In this document: one piece after another, positions 17,375 to 26,091 of the stretch
How positions within the stretch are numbered: position 1 is the first letter of the stretch
Layout of the letters: each line of letters begins with the position of its first letter
From: an archaeon
GTDB lineage: Archaea > Thermoproteota > Thermoprotei > Thermofilales > JAPDKD01
Assembly (NCBI GenBank): GCA_029258735.1
Contig: JAPDKD010000002.1
Coordinates: forward strand, 1 to 52,547
Length of the DNA stretch: 52,547 nucleotides
Direction of reading: 5' to 3'
Notes under the pieces: model-generated
Told to the model about the DNA's origin: nothing
Seen by the model: only the letters and a program-made list of their open reading frames with translations
Databases searched by the model: none
Translations under genes and position numbers: made by a program

Positions 17375-18322
17375 CTATACTACATCTACGTCGATACTCA
17401 TCATAGCTTTCCTAAATCTCAAAGCCCCCATCAATAGCAGAAAAAGAATAACCGTAATAATAAACGCCATATCTCCCAGATACGGCAAAAGAGACAACCT
17501 CCCCTCCCTCTTTTCAATTATATAACGACAAGGCATGCCGTCGCCAGTCAGCCTGTACGATATCAATACGGAGTAATTTACGGCAATCCCTTGAGTTCTC
17601 ACCAAGTTAACGATTTCTTGAGGCCCGAGAATAGCTTCAAACTCTTTTTCGCTCGTGACAATGGTTATATTTCCCAGTGTAATTTCTAAATAACAATTTA
17701 CCGCTTCGGAGGGTACGTGGTTCCTAATTATTATAACAGGCATTAATGGAAACCCCAGCAAATGAATGGAAGGCTTAATTTCAAAATTGCTTGCATTATG
17801 CAACTCGACAATGCAAGTCTTTGAATTATATAGCATCATGCTTTCGTTTCTAATGCATATTTCGCAGAATTCTATCCCACTTACCGTAGGTGTGCGTTCA
17901 AGCCAAGAACCATTAAAGTAGGCAAAACATTCTCGTTGGAGAGGCTCATTGGCGAAGAAAAGGCGAGTAACGTTAGATATGTGTAAAGGAAGGTTCTTCG
18001 TGAAACGCTGGGAATTATTAAGTCGTTCAAGTACAATTTTTATGCCATTGATTTCGCATTCCATGCTGTTTTGGCTATAGTTAGCGATTACTTCAATTAC
18101 GGCTTTGCTGCCTAAAAAACGCAACGAGGAATTGAAAGTCAAAATAGAACCATTAACTCTACATTTCAATTCTACAAATTTTTGAAGGCTGGAAGAAGTG
18201 GAATAGTTTAATAACATATTGCATGGCTCAGCGTTAACTAGCGTGGCAGCTAGACTCAATATTGAGATAAACATAGTAATCGTAATGACTTTATCACTGT
18301 AGCGCATTTTAATCACGCACAA
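17375..18322 (-). CDS. Secreted Cys-rich, N-glycosylation-sequon-rich protein with C-terminal TM anchor
   Basis: A signal-like N-terminus (ITITMFISILSLAATLVNA) is followed by at least 11 N-x-S/T sequons and more than 10 Cys. The C-terminal helix is AFIITVILFLLLMGAL. Confidence 0.55.
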   Translation of the reverse strand: MCVIKMRYSDKVITITMFISILSLAATLVNAEPCNMLLNYSTSSSLQKFVELKCRVNGSILTFNSSLRFLGSKAVIEVIANYSQNSMECEINGIKIVLERLNNSQRFTKNLPLHISNVTRLFFANEPLQRECFAYFNGSWLERTPTVSGIEFCEICIRNESMMLYNSKTCIVELHNASNFEIKPSIHLLGFPLMPVIIIRNHVPSEAVNCYLEITLGNITIVTSEKEFEAILGPQEIVNLVRTQGIAVNYSVLISYRLTGDGMPCRYIIEKREGRLSLLPYLGDMAFIITVILFLLLMGALRFRKAMMSIDVDVV

Positions 18323-18363
18323 TTTTTTAATATAATCTAAGGTTTAAAACGTTGGTGCACTAA

Positions 18364-19521
18364 TTGCTGCTAGCAAAAAAGAAATTATTAAGTTTTTATG
18401 AAACAGAAGTCGCCGGAGAAGGAGGCAAAGCTTTAACTATACAGGCAAACATAGCATATAACAACCATGTAATAAAAGGCATCCTAGTTCTAGCCGGAGA
18501 GGAGACGCATACCCAGTTTGCTAGAGTAGCAACTTCATTCATAAAAACGCTTCTCAGCAAAGCACTAAAGAAAAAGGGCTATCTAGCAACTCTTAGAAAA
18601 ACTAGAACGCTTGGATCAACAGCTGCAGTTATAGGTAATGTATTGTACCTTGACCCGGGACCTAGCGGAATAATAAAATTAGGCAGAAAAAACATTGAAG
18701 TGTCCGAAACTACAAGGCTAACTAAGAAACCAACGGAAATTACACTAATTACCTCTGGAATAAAAGGAAAAATATTCTTTGCCAGCAAAAAATCCAGAAA
18801 GAATAAAATCGATTCAATGCATGTTGCAACAATGAAGGGTAAAAGAAAAAACAACGAAGATACAGCGGCGTCCTTATCTCTTAAACTTTATAATGGAACT
18901 GAGGGCGCACGTAGATACATTATATTAGCAGTAGCGGATGGAGTAGGAGGGCTCAAAATAGGCGAAAAAGCAAGTTTAGCGGCAATAAACGGTTTTATTC
19001 AAAGAATAATTGAAAGAATCCTGTTGCAGACTTATATGAAGCAAACTGATATGGAAGAAGCCGTAAAACACGCTAATACCGAAGTTTTAAACGTTGTAAA
19101 AACCGTAGGCAAACAAGCAGCAACAACTCTTACAGCAGGACTAATAGAGGGAAACCGCTTATTGATAGCTCATGTGGGGGATAGCAGAGCTTACCTGATA
19201 GATAGGGGCATCAAAAAAGTATTTAGACTCACAAAGGATCATAAAATAAGCCCTCAAAGTCACATCATAACCAGAGCGTTGGGCATAAGGAAAAACTTAG
19301 AGGTAGACCTGGAAGAACAAGTTATTACACCTTGTTCAACAGTTTTCATATGCTCAGATGGTGTGACCGATGTAATAAATGACAATGAAATAGGTTCTAT
19401 AATCGTAACCGATCCTCTTCCAGCAACTTTTTCTCAAAAAATATTTTCAATGGTAAAGTCACGTGGAGCGCCAGATAACGCTACTATTTCAGCGTTTTCT
19501 AGAAATATCGAAATAGGTTAA
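18364..19521 (+). CDS. PP2C-family Ser/Thr protein phosphatase with ~160-aa uncharacterised N-terminal domain
   Basis: PP2C motifs are present in order: KRKNNEDT, LAVADGVGG, AHVGDSRAYL, LTKDH, ITRALG, ICSDGVTDV and PDNATI. The ORF has a TTG start. Confidence 0.75.
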   Translation: MLLAKKKLLSFYETEVAGEGGKALTIQANIAYNNHVIKGILVLAGEETHTQFARVATSFIKTLLSKALKKKGYLATLRKTRTLGSTAAVIGNVLYLDPGPSGIIKLGRKNIEVSETTRLTKKPTEITLITSGIKGKIFFASKKSRKNKIDSMHVATMKGKRKNNEDTAASLSLKLYNGTEGARRYIILAVADGVGGLKIGEKASLAAINGFIQRIIERILLQTYMKQTDMEEAVKHANTEVLNVVKTVGKQAATTLTAGLIEGNRLLIAHVGDSRAYLIDRGIKKVFRLTKDHKISPQSHIITRALGIRKNLEVDLEEQVITPCSTVFICSDGVTDVINDNEIGSIIVTDPLPATFSQKIFSMVKSRGAPDNATISAFSRNIEIG

Positions 19522-19523
19522 AG

Positions 19524-20855
19524 CTACGTTCCTCCAAGCTCTTCCTCCTCCTTCAAAGCCTCCTCTACTTCCTTTTCTTCTCTGATAATCCTCTTTTTAG
19601 ATGTGCTCCACATCCACAGTGCGTAAGCGTAAAGCAGTATTGAGGGAATGGAAAGTAGCATTATGAGCTCGTAATAGGCGAGTGGTATGGGCGGCCTAGA
19701 GCTGAAAGCGTTGAAATTAGCTATCATGAAGCTTATCATAAGCCAAGCAGTAGAAAAGTTGAGTACCGCGCTTCCTGATTCTCCAATGCCGAGTCCAGGT
19801 ATCCTTTTAGAAGAGAATGGGTAGAACAGGTTTCCGCCCATGAATCCAAGCTGGTCTTCAATTATGTGCAGCCAGAAACCAATCATCGAGGCGAACGCTA
19901 GTTGCAGAGAATGGGGATAACCTATAAGCTTAAAGATGACGTAAATGAGGGCAGCAACGAAGACCCCTGTCACGAAGGAATGAGACCATTCGCGGTGCCA
20001 AGGCAAGAACACCTCCTCAACTTTATCACCAACTCTCTTAAAGCCTATGCTAGGCCCAGAAAAAGCCTCGATAACTGTCGGCTTAGGGTATTTCTTTTCA
20101 AAGGGATATCTAGTCTTGACTTCCGCCATTCTCCTATGCTTCGGTGGCATTTTCTCGTTCACCACGTTGCCGCCGACAGTAACGTAAGGACCTATGGCAA
20201 CCCGCACTATCTGAGCATCAGAGTCCAGATCCACGATATACCGACGATAAATATCGCCAGTATATCTAATCGTCTGCAGCTTCACTCTAACTTCTTCTCT
20301 CTCGTAAGCAGCATCTATAGCATCCGCAACTCTTTGGGCAATAAACATGGGGTGAGGGGCATCAGAAACTATAAAGACTTTTTCTTCGCCCTCAAAATCC
20401 AAATACCCTGCAATGCTTACTTCTTCGCCCTCTCTGATCTCTCTACCAATAGCCGAAAGCAGTATGTTGACGTCGTCTCCTAAAGCTTTAACCTTAATTT
20501 TGCCCGTGCCGTCGTCTAGCTCAAACTCCAGCTTGTCTCCACCGTTTTTTACTTTGTATGCTCTCCCAGAAATCATGCATAGTTGATACCTTTTCTCAGC
20601 GGAAAGCTCATTTATTTTTCTCTTTATAGGAACTTTGTTTTCCTCGGGGTCCAAAGGCGCGGGGTCGATGTTGTAGTCCCATTTTTCGAGAAACTTCCAA
20701 AATTTGAAGTCAAAAAAGTCAGGAAGGTAGGCTGCGGCTGCAGGCAGAAGGGGGAACAGACAGCCCATCTGGACATCGCGCATAAGCTCTATGAAAAACG
20801 TTGACGCGGCGAGTCCTGAAAGATAATGCACCAACCCCCTCATTTTTCTCACCAT
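19524..20855 (-). CDS. DUF457/YdjM-like membrane-bound metal-dependent hydrolase with inserted OB-fold-like domain
   Basis: The DUF457 motifs are split by an insert of roughly 250 aa. The N-terminal part is VHYLSGLAAS; the C-terminal part is WHREWSHSF ... HIIEDQLGFMGGNLFYPFS. The insert contains ISGRAYKVKNGGDKLEFELDDGTGKIKVKA...VSIAGYLDFEGEEKVFIV. Confidence 0.55.
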   Translation of the reverse strand: MVRKMRGLVHYLSGLAASTFFIELMRDVQMGCLFPLLPAAAAYLPDFFDFKFWKFLEKWDYNIDPAPLDPEENKVPIKRKINELSAEKRYQLCMISGRAYKVKNGGDKLEFELDDGTGKIKVKALGDDVNILLSAIGREIREGEEVSIAGYLDFEGEEKVFIVSDAPHPMFIAQRVADAIDAAYEREEVRVKLQTIRYTGDIYRRYIVDLDSDAQIVRVAIGPYVTVGGNVVNEKMPPKHRRMAEVKTRYPFEKKYPKPTVIEAFSGPSIGFKRVGDKVEEVFLPWHREWSHSFVTGVFVAALIYVIFKLIGYPHSLQLAFASMIGFWLHIIEDQLGFMGGNLFYPFSSKRIPGLGIGESGSAVLNFSTAWLMISFMIANFNAFSSRPPIPLAYYELIMLLSIPSILLYAYALWMWSTSKKRIIREEKEVEEALKEEEELGGT

Positions 20856-22174
20856 AGACCTATTAGCTTCGCAAAGGCCTCTGCGGTACCAGTCATGCTC
20901 AGCAGTACAGGAAAGATTAATCCGCCTAGGCAGTAGCTGCGCCTAGTATTAAAAAGCGATGACATGAATCCTATAAAACCAGCAACTACCATAATAAAGA
21001 CTCCAAGAAAACCAGTCAGAGCACAGGCAATGCCTAGGAGGAGTATGAGTACAGCAACGGAGACATGCTTATAGTAGGCTGACACGACCTTCGCAACGGC
21101 TTTGGAAAGAAATATCGAGCCTATAAATGATATGCCGCTCGCCAGGAGCAAAGCACCTATAGAGTAGACATATTCGACGTAAGATTTTGGCTGATAAATG
21201 CTACTCACGAGCCACGCTGCGCTACCGCGGGTAAGCGACGCGGCAGGAAGAAACAGGAACAATAAGGCTCCCACATAATATATGAACCGGTTTGCTCCTT
21301 GGCTCACGATAAACGTATCGTCGCCCCGCTGCGAAGTTATGTGCCCAGCGACAAGGGCTCCCATACCTCCAGTAATTAGCGGGAAAAAGGCCGCTATGTA
21401 GCCGCCTAACGCTCCACCAAACACGCCGCTCAGCATCGCTTTAGCATCAACCTCTACGATATCCTCGGTGCTTTGCCTCTCAATCTTCACGTCAGAAAGT
21501 ATATTGAGAACAACCCATGGAAGTCCAAAGAAGCCTAAGAATAGCGGTGTAAGTCTCACATAGGCAAAAGTAGCGGGCAAAACATTAGTGTACATGACAA
21601 TAAACCCTAGAACGCCGCTAGCGAAGAACACGAATAACCCGCCGAGCGCTTGGCTCCAAGCTACTGCCAGCCTCCAGCCTGGCTTTTCAACCCTGTCCCC
21701 CTTTTTCAGCCACTCACTCATAAACATGAAGAGCACCAGAGCTGCCAGGAAAAGGGGAATATACGGGTTAAACAAGTCTCTCAAAATGGGTAAAACGTAA
21801 GGCATCAGCGGAAGCGATGCAGCCAATATAAGGGAGGCTGCAAACGCTCCAAGCAATGTGAGCAAAGTAGCTTCATGCCCCCTACCTATTATTAGGTAGC
21901 GTTGCGTGGGAAAGAGCATAAAAATCATGGTATCGTCTGCAACGCTGAAATACGTAGTACTAATAGTGCTTGCATAAGCGAAGCTTACCACAGCGCCGAG
22001 CGTAAAGAAGGGAAATCCTTCCTGCGGAATAAACGTTAATATAGTGCCAGTCGAAGCCAATAGAGCTATCACGTTATAGACGTGAAACCCAGGCATCCAC
22101 GAGAATAGGAGGCCTGTAGCCGCCCCCACGAGTGTCCACAGAATTACCGAAAACGGGTCTAGCAAACCTTTCAC
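20849..22174 (-). CDS. Polytopic membrane protein, TctA/DUF112-like
   Basis: 441 aa with more than 10 TM helices. The N-terminus GAATGLLFSWMPGFHV resembles the G...G.lPG motif of DUF112. It overlaps both neighbouring genes by 4-7 nt. Confidence 0.45.
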   Translation of the reverse strand: MKGLLDPFSVILWTLVGAATGLLFSWMPGFHVYNVIALLASTGTILTFIPQEGFPFFTLGAVVSFAYASTISTTYFSVADDTMIFMLFPTQRYLIIGRGHEATLLTLLGAFAASLILAASLPLMPYVLPILRDLFNPYIPLFLAALVLFMFMSEWLKKGDRVEKPGWRLAVAWSQALGGLFVFFASGVLGFIVMYTNVLPATFAYVRLTPLFLGFFGLPWVVLNILSDVKIERQSTEDIVEVDAKAMLSGVFGGALGGYIAAFFPLITGGMGALVAGHITSQRGDDTFIVSQGANRFIYYVGALLFLFLPAASLTRGSAAWLVSSIYQPKSYVEYVYSIGALLLASGISFIGSIFLSKAVAKVVSAYYKHVSVAVLILLLGIACALTGFLGVFIMVVAGFIGFMSSLFNTRRSYCLGGLIFPVLLSMTGTAEAFAKLIGLW

Positions 22175-23517
22175 CCCTTAACGCCTAAAGGCGAGAAAAC
22201 AACTATCTCCAGCTCGCCCCTATAAATATCGACATAACCTGCAACGCTTATTTCAGCCCCCTCAGATATTTTAACCGAAGTTATCTCGTTATACACGCTT
22301 GCAGGAATGAATATTTTTATTCTGCCCGTTTCATCTTCCAAGTAAAAGAGCGTAAAAGATGACCTTTCCACTAAGTTAGTAACCTTACCTTTAGCGGCAA
22401 CTATTTTCCCCTTTATAGACTCTGAAATATCAGCAACTTTGACAAAGCTTACTTTACTTATCTCGGGCGCCTCAATATTTTTAATATTTAGATCGCCGCC
22501 GCCCCGAACAGATGCAAGTACTATTACCTTATTATTTATTAAATTAAACGGATTAAGAGCCATCATAATCTCCCTCTTAACGATTCCGCTAGCTTCACCG
22601 GTTTCATCGATAAGCTTCAATAAGTAAGACCTAGAGTCAGATAAGTATTCCCGAACTTCAAGGTAAGCCCTCACAACAACAGTCTTACCCACATAGCCTG
22701 AAAGTGAAGCTATCTCAACCTCCATAGGCTTCTCCGGCGCACGAAATGCAATATCCTCAAATCCCTTAACCACTATTTCAGGAGACTCGCCCCTATACAG
22801 GTAAACAATCCCTGTTACAGTAGCCTCTACACCTGGTCTAATAGACTCCACAAGCTGAGCATACTTGGCTCCATCAATAAACTTCATAAAAGCAGGCACA
22901 AGAACCGTTATTTCTCCCTCGCCAGTATCTACCCAGAACAGCAAGCCAGATGAGACTAGCCTAGATCCAGTAATAGTGCCGCTTGCTTTAACGTATTTTC
23001 CTGCTAAGGAGGTGTCAAGAGAAGTCACTTCAACGGGCTCGCCGGTCTGCGTCTCTATCTGGAGAAGCCCTGCGGCCTGTAAAATTCCATACGTGTATGT
23101 TTCTCTGACCCTCAATTGGATTTCTGCCGTAACTTTATCTCCGGGAAGCGGAATTTTCCTCTGCTTAAGAACTTCTAGCGAAACCGGCTGGTAAATGTAT
23201 ATGTTCATAGACATTGTGCCATCAAATATGGAAAAACGTATAGTAAGCTTCCCAGTACTATTATCGAAGTATGGGATTCCGTCAACCGTGCCCTTCACCC
23301 TCACCGTAGCGTAATTGTATAAGTAGTTGCCATAAACTTCAGATATGGATACGAGCGGCGCCGATGCGCCTTGAGCGAGAAAATACACAATATATATGCC
23401 GGCTACCGATGTAATAATAGAAAGAATAAGCAGGTATCTAACGCTAATTTTGCGCGCTGGCTTTCTACCCTTTTTATAGAGGTCCTCGAGTATGACATCT
23501 ATCCGGCTTGAACTCAT
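22171..23517 (-). CDS. Type II membrane-anchored protein with about four tandem OB-fold-like repeats
   Basis: A basic N-terminus plus TM helix (LLILSIITSVAGIYIVYFL) is followed by recurring units of V.v.G.V...(x)n..F.l.D.tG.I.v plus v.v.G.v..yrGe.eIvv. Examples are YLLKLIDETGEASGIV and FTLFYLEDETGRIKIFIP...ISVAGYVDIYRGELEIVV. Confidence 0.55.
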   Translation of the reverse strand: MSSSRIDVILEDLYKKGRKPARKISVRYLLILSIITSVAGIYIVYFLAQGASAPLVSISEVYGNYLYNYATVRVKGTVDGIPYFDNSTGKLTIRFSIFDGTMSMNIYIYQPVSLEVLKQRKIPLPGDKVTAEIQLRVRETYTYGILQAAGLLQIETQTGEPVEVTSLDTSLAGKYVKASGTITGSRLVSSGLLFWVDTGEGEITVLVPAFMKFIDGAKYAQLVESIRPGVEATVTGIVYLYRGESPEIVVKGFEDIAFRAPEKPMEVEIASLSGYVGKTVVVRAYLEVREYLSDSRSYLLKLIDETGEASGIVKREIMMALNPFNLINNKVIVLASVRGGGDLNIKNIEAPEISKVSFVKVADISESIKGKIVAAKGKVTNLVERSSFTLFYLEDETGRIKIFIPASVYNEITSVKISEGAEISVAGYVDIYRGELEIVVFSPLGVKG

Positions 23518-23627
23518 ACCGGCACCTTCTATAATTAAAAAGTAACTGATGGAGTTAATATTCGCATCTTCCTTTAAAGCATAACGTGCCTTGAATAGCG
23601 TATTAAAATATCACTCTAACTAGTTAT

Positions 23628-24290
23628 ATGAAGGCAGGTTCAGAGAACATGCTTAGCATTCATATAGTAATCGAAGTAGACGCTGTAAACGGAAGGCTAG
23701 GACACGGAACGATCTACATAAACAGTAAAAACCTAAATGAAATGGCTAAAGAGCTCGCAGTAAAATTTAGGGAGGGAATAAGCATTTCAAATTCTTGGCC
23801 TAAATGGCCCGAAAAAATTGAAGGAAAAAGAGCTTACTGGCAGATAAGGCCCTACATCCGCTACCTAAAAGGAAAATTATTATATTCATACGGCCTACGC
23901 ATTGACTTACTAGGAGAAATACGCGTTCCAATAGCACTAAGCAAATGGTATATTGAAAAAGATACTGTATACTTAGACGCTCGCGTAGAAAAGCCCATGT
24001 CAGCAATTATTGGTCCATTCGTCTATAAAGGCTATCCAATAAACTGGCAGGGAAAGATGCGCGTGGAGAAAGGAGACAACTACGACTACATAATAATTTC
24101 TAGCATCGGAAATACAATATCATTAAGTGCGAAAATTCGCCCAGTTCAACCACTAGTTACAGGGTTTTTCGAATATGAAGCCGAGGAAAGCGAAATCCCA
24201 ATTAAAGTTATAAGCCCTAGAAACGCCGAGATAAAAAGAAAAATAATTGCTAGGCTTCCAGACCTTTTAATAAAAAACTCGGTTAACTAG
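23628..24290 (+). CDS. Hypothetical protein
   Basis: 220-aa ORF; the start could be ATG at 23649. No family recognised. Confidence 0.45.
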   Translation: MKAGSENMLSIHIVIEVDAVNGRLGHGTIYINSKNLNEMAKELAVKFREGISISNSWPKWPEKIEGKRAYWQIRPYIRYLKGKLLYSYGLRIDLLGEIRVPIALSKWYIEKDTVYLDARVEKPMSAIIGPFVYKGYPINWQGKMRVEKGDNYDYIIISSIGNTISLSAKIRPVQPLVTGFFEYEAEESEIPIKVISPRNAEIKRKIIARLPDLLIKNSVN

Positions 24291-24294
24291 CAGC

Positions 24295-26091
24295 CTAGGT
24301 TTTAGCTATTAGGTGAGCAAACCCAGCAGCTTGGGTTTCCCAAAGCTTCGCGTATAGACCCTTTCTCCTCAGCAAATCATCGTGCCTCCCACGCTCCACT
24401 ATCCTACCATGGCTCAAAACGTAGATTCTGTCCGCCCCCGTTATAGCTGCGAGCCTATGAGCAATCACGATAACAGTCATTTTTCTCTCCCTCATCAGCT
24501 CTCTTAAGCCCTCGTAGATTCTAAGCTCGCTCAAGACGTCCACGTTGCTCGTAGCCTCGTCTAAAACCAGAACGCGGGGCGAAGAAACAATAGCTCTCAC
24601 AAGCGAGATGACCTGTTTCTGTCCTCTCGAGAGATTTTTGCCCTCACCCACAACCTCAGTCATCAAGCCATTAGGCAAAGCCTCGAAAAGATCCTTAACG
24701 CCAAGCTTCTCCAAAACCTCCTCTACCATTTTTCGATCTTTGCCGCTTCCGGCCACAATGTTGTCTAAAACAGTGCCGCTGATGACCGCAGGTTCCTGAG
24801 GCACATAAGCAATAACCTTACGTAAATACCCTAAATCGTACTCTTCTACCGGAATATTATCGAGCAATATCTTACCGCTCCAAGGCTCATAGAAACGAAG
24901 CAACAGTCGAGCCAAGGTGCTCTTACCGCTACCCGTAGGCCCGACGACGGCTACCATTTCGCCTGGGGCAGCGTTAAGCGAAACACCCCTAATAACTTCG
25001 ATGCCTTCTTCATAGCCGAAATGAACGTTCTCGTACTTTACATGCCCAATAACTGGCTTTACGAGCTTGCCGCCCCTTTCCTGCTCAGCTCTAAGGAGGT
25101 CGGTTACGCGCTCAGCTGCGGCGAGAGCCGACTGAATAGTGTTAAAAAACAGCGCAAGTGTCTGTAGAGGCCGGAAAAACATGTCCAAATAGCCGTAAAA
25201 AGCCACCAGAACGCCGACGCTTATCTCGCCGCTCAATATGAGAAGACCGCCAAAATATAGGATTATGGCTCCGCCAACCGCCCTAATAACAGACATTATC
25301 GGGTTTACTGAGGAAACTATCTTCGTTGCTTGAACGTTCATCTCAACGTATTCCTTACTTACCTGCTTAAACTCCCGCTCGTCCCTCTTCCTGCGCTGAA
25401 TAAATGTTTTCACAACCGCCGCACCAGAGATTTCCTGCTCCACTTTAGCCGTAACCTTCGCTATAGCCTTCCTAGCCTGGCGGAACGTCTTTCGGGCGCG
25501 AACAGCCAAGTAATAGTTGATAGCAAAGATAAGCGGGATAAGCGGCAGTATGGCGGCAGTAAGCTTCAAGTCTATTGTAGCCATGATAACGAACGCGCCG
25601 CTCATCGTAACGATATCCGCAACTGTGTCTATGAGACCGCTGGTAAACGTGTCCCCAATAACGTCTACGTCGTTCATCACTTTAGAAACCGTCCTACCAG
25701 TCTCCTCGCGCCGAAGAATAGCTATCTTAGTTCTAAGCAAAACCCTGAAAAGCCGATTTCTCAGATCTCTAACAAAGCTTTGCCCAGTAAGAGACATAAA
25801 GTAAACGCGCACGTAACCTATAACCCAGTAAGCCGCGGCACCCCCCAGAAAGTAGAGCGAGTACATCATTAACCTATCAAAAGCGCCATTATATGCAGCG
25901 TCAATCAGGTAGCCTGTTAGCAGCGGAAAAATGAGGTTCAAAATCATGCGCAGAAATGTTGCAACAACGACAACTACGAGGTACTTTTTATAAGGTTTAA
26001 GAAGCGGTAGTATACGCTTAATTATCTCTTTGGCAGGTGTTGCCGCCTTTTCTTCCTCAAGTCGACCTAAACCCCGAAAACGCCACCCCAT
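24295..26091 (-). CDS. ABC exporter, fused permease-ATPase (ABCB/MsbA-type half transporter)
   Basis: Six TM helices, then Walker A GPTGSGKST, the signature LSRGQKQ, and Walker B VLVLDEATS. Confidence 0.85.
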   Translation of the reverse strand: MGWRFRGLGRLEEEKAATPAKEIIKRILPLLKPYKKYLVVVVVATFLRMILNLIFPLLTGYLIDAAYNGAFDRLMMYSLYFLGGAAAYWVIGYVRVYFMSLTGQSFVRDLRNRLFRVLLRTKIAILRREETGRTVSKVMNDVDVIGDTFTSGLIDTVADIVTMSGAFVIMATIDLKLTAAILPLIPLIFAINYYLAVRARKTFRQARKAIAKVTAKVEQEISGAAVVKTFIQRRKRDEREFKQVSKEYVEMNVQATKIVSSVNPIMSVIRAVGGAIILYFGGLLILSGEISVGVLVAFYGYLDMFFRPLQTLALFFNTIQSALAAAERVTDLLRAEQERGGKLVKPVIGHVKYENVHFGYEEGIEVIRGVSLNAAPGEMVAVVGPTGSGKSTLARLLLRFYEPWSGKILLDNIPVEEYDLGYLRKVIAYVPQEPAVISGTVLDNIVAGSGKDRKMVEEVLEKLGVKDLFEALPNGLMTEVVGEGKNLSRGQKQVISLVRAIVSSPRVLVLDEATSNVDVLSELRIYEGLRELMRERKMTVIVIAHRLAAITGADRIYVLSHGRIVERGRHDDLLRRKGLYAKLWETQAAGFAHLIAKT

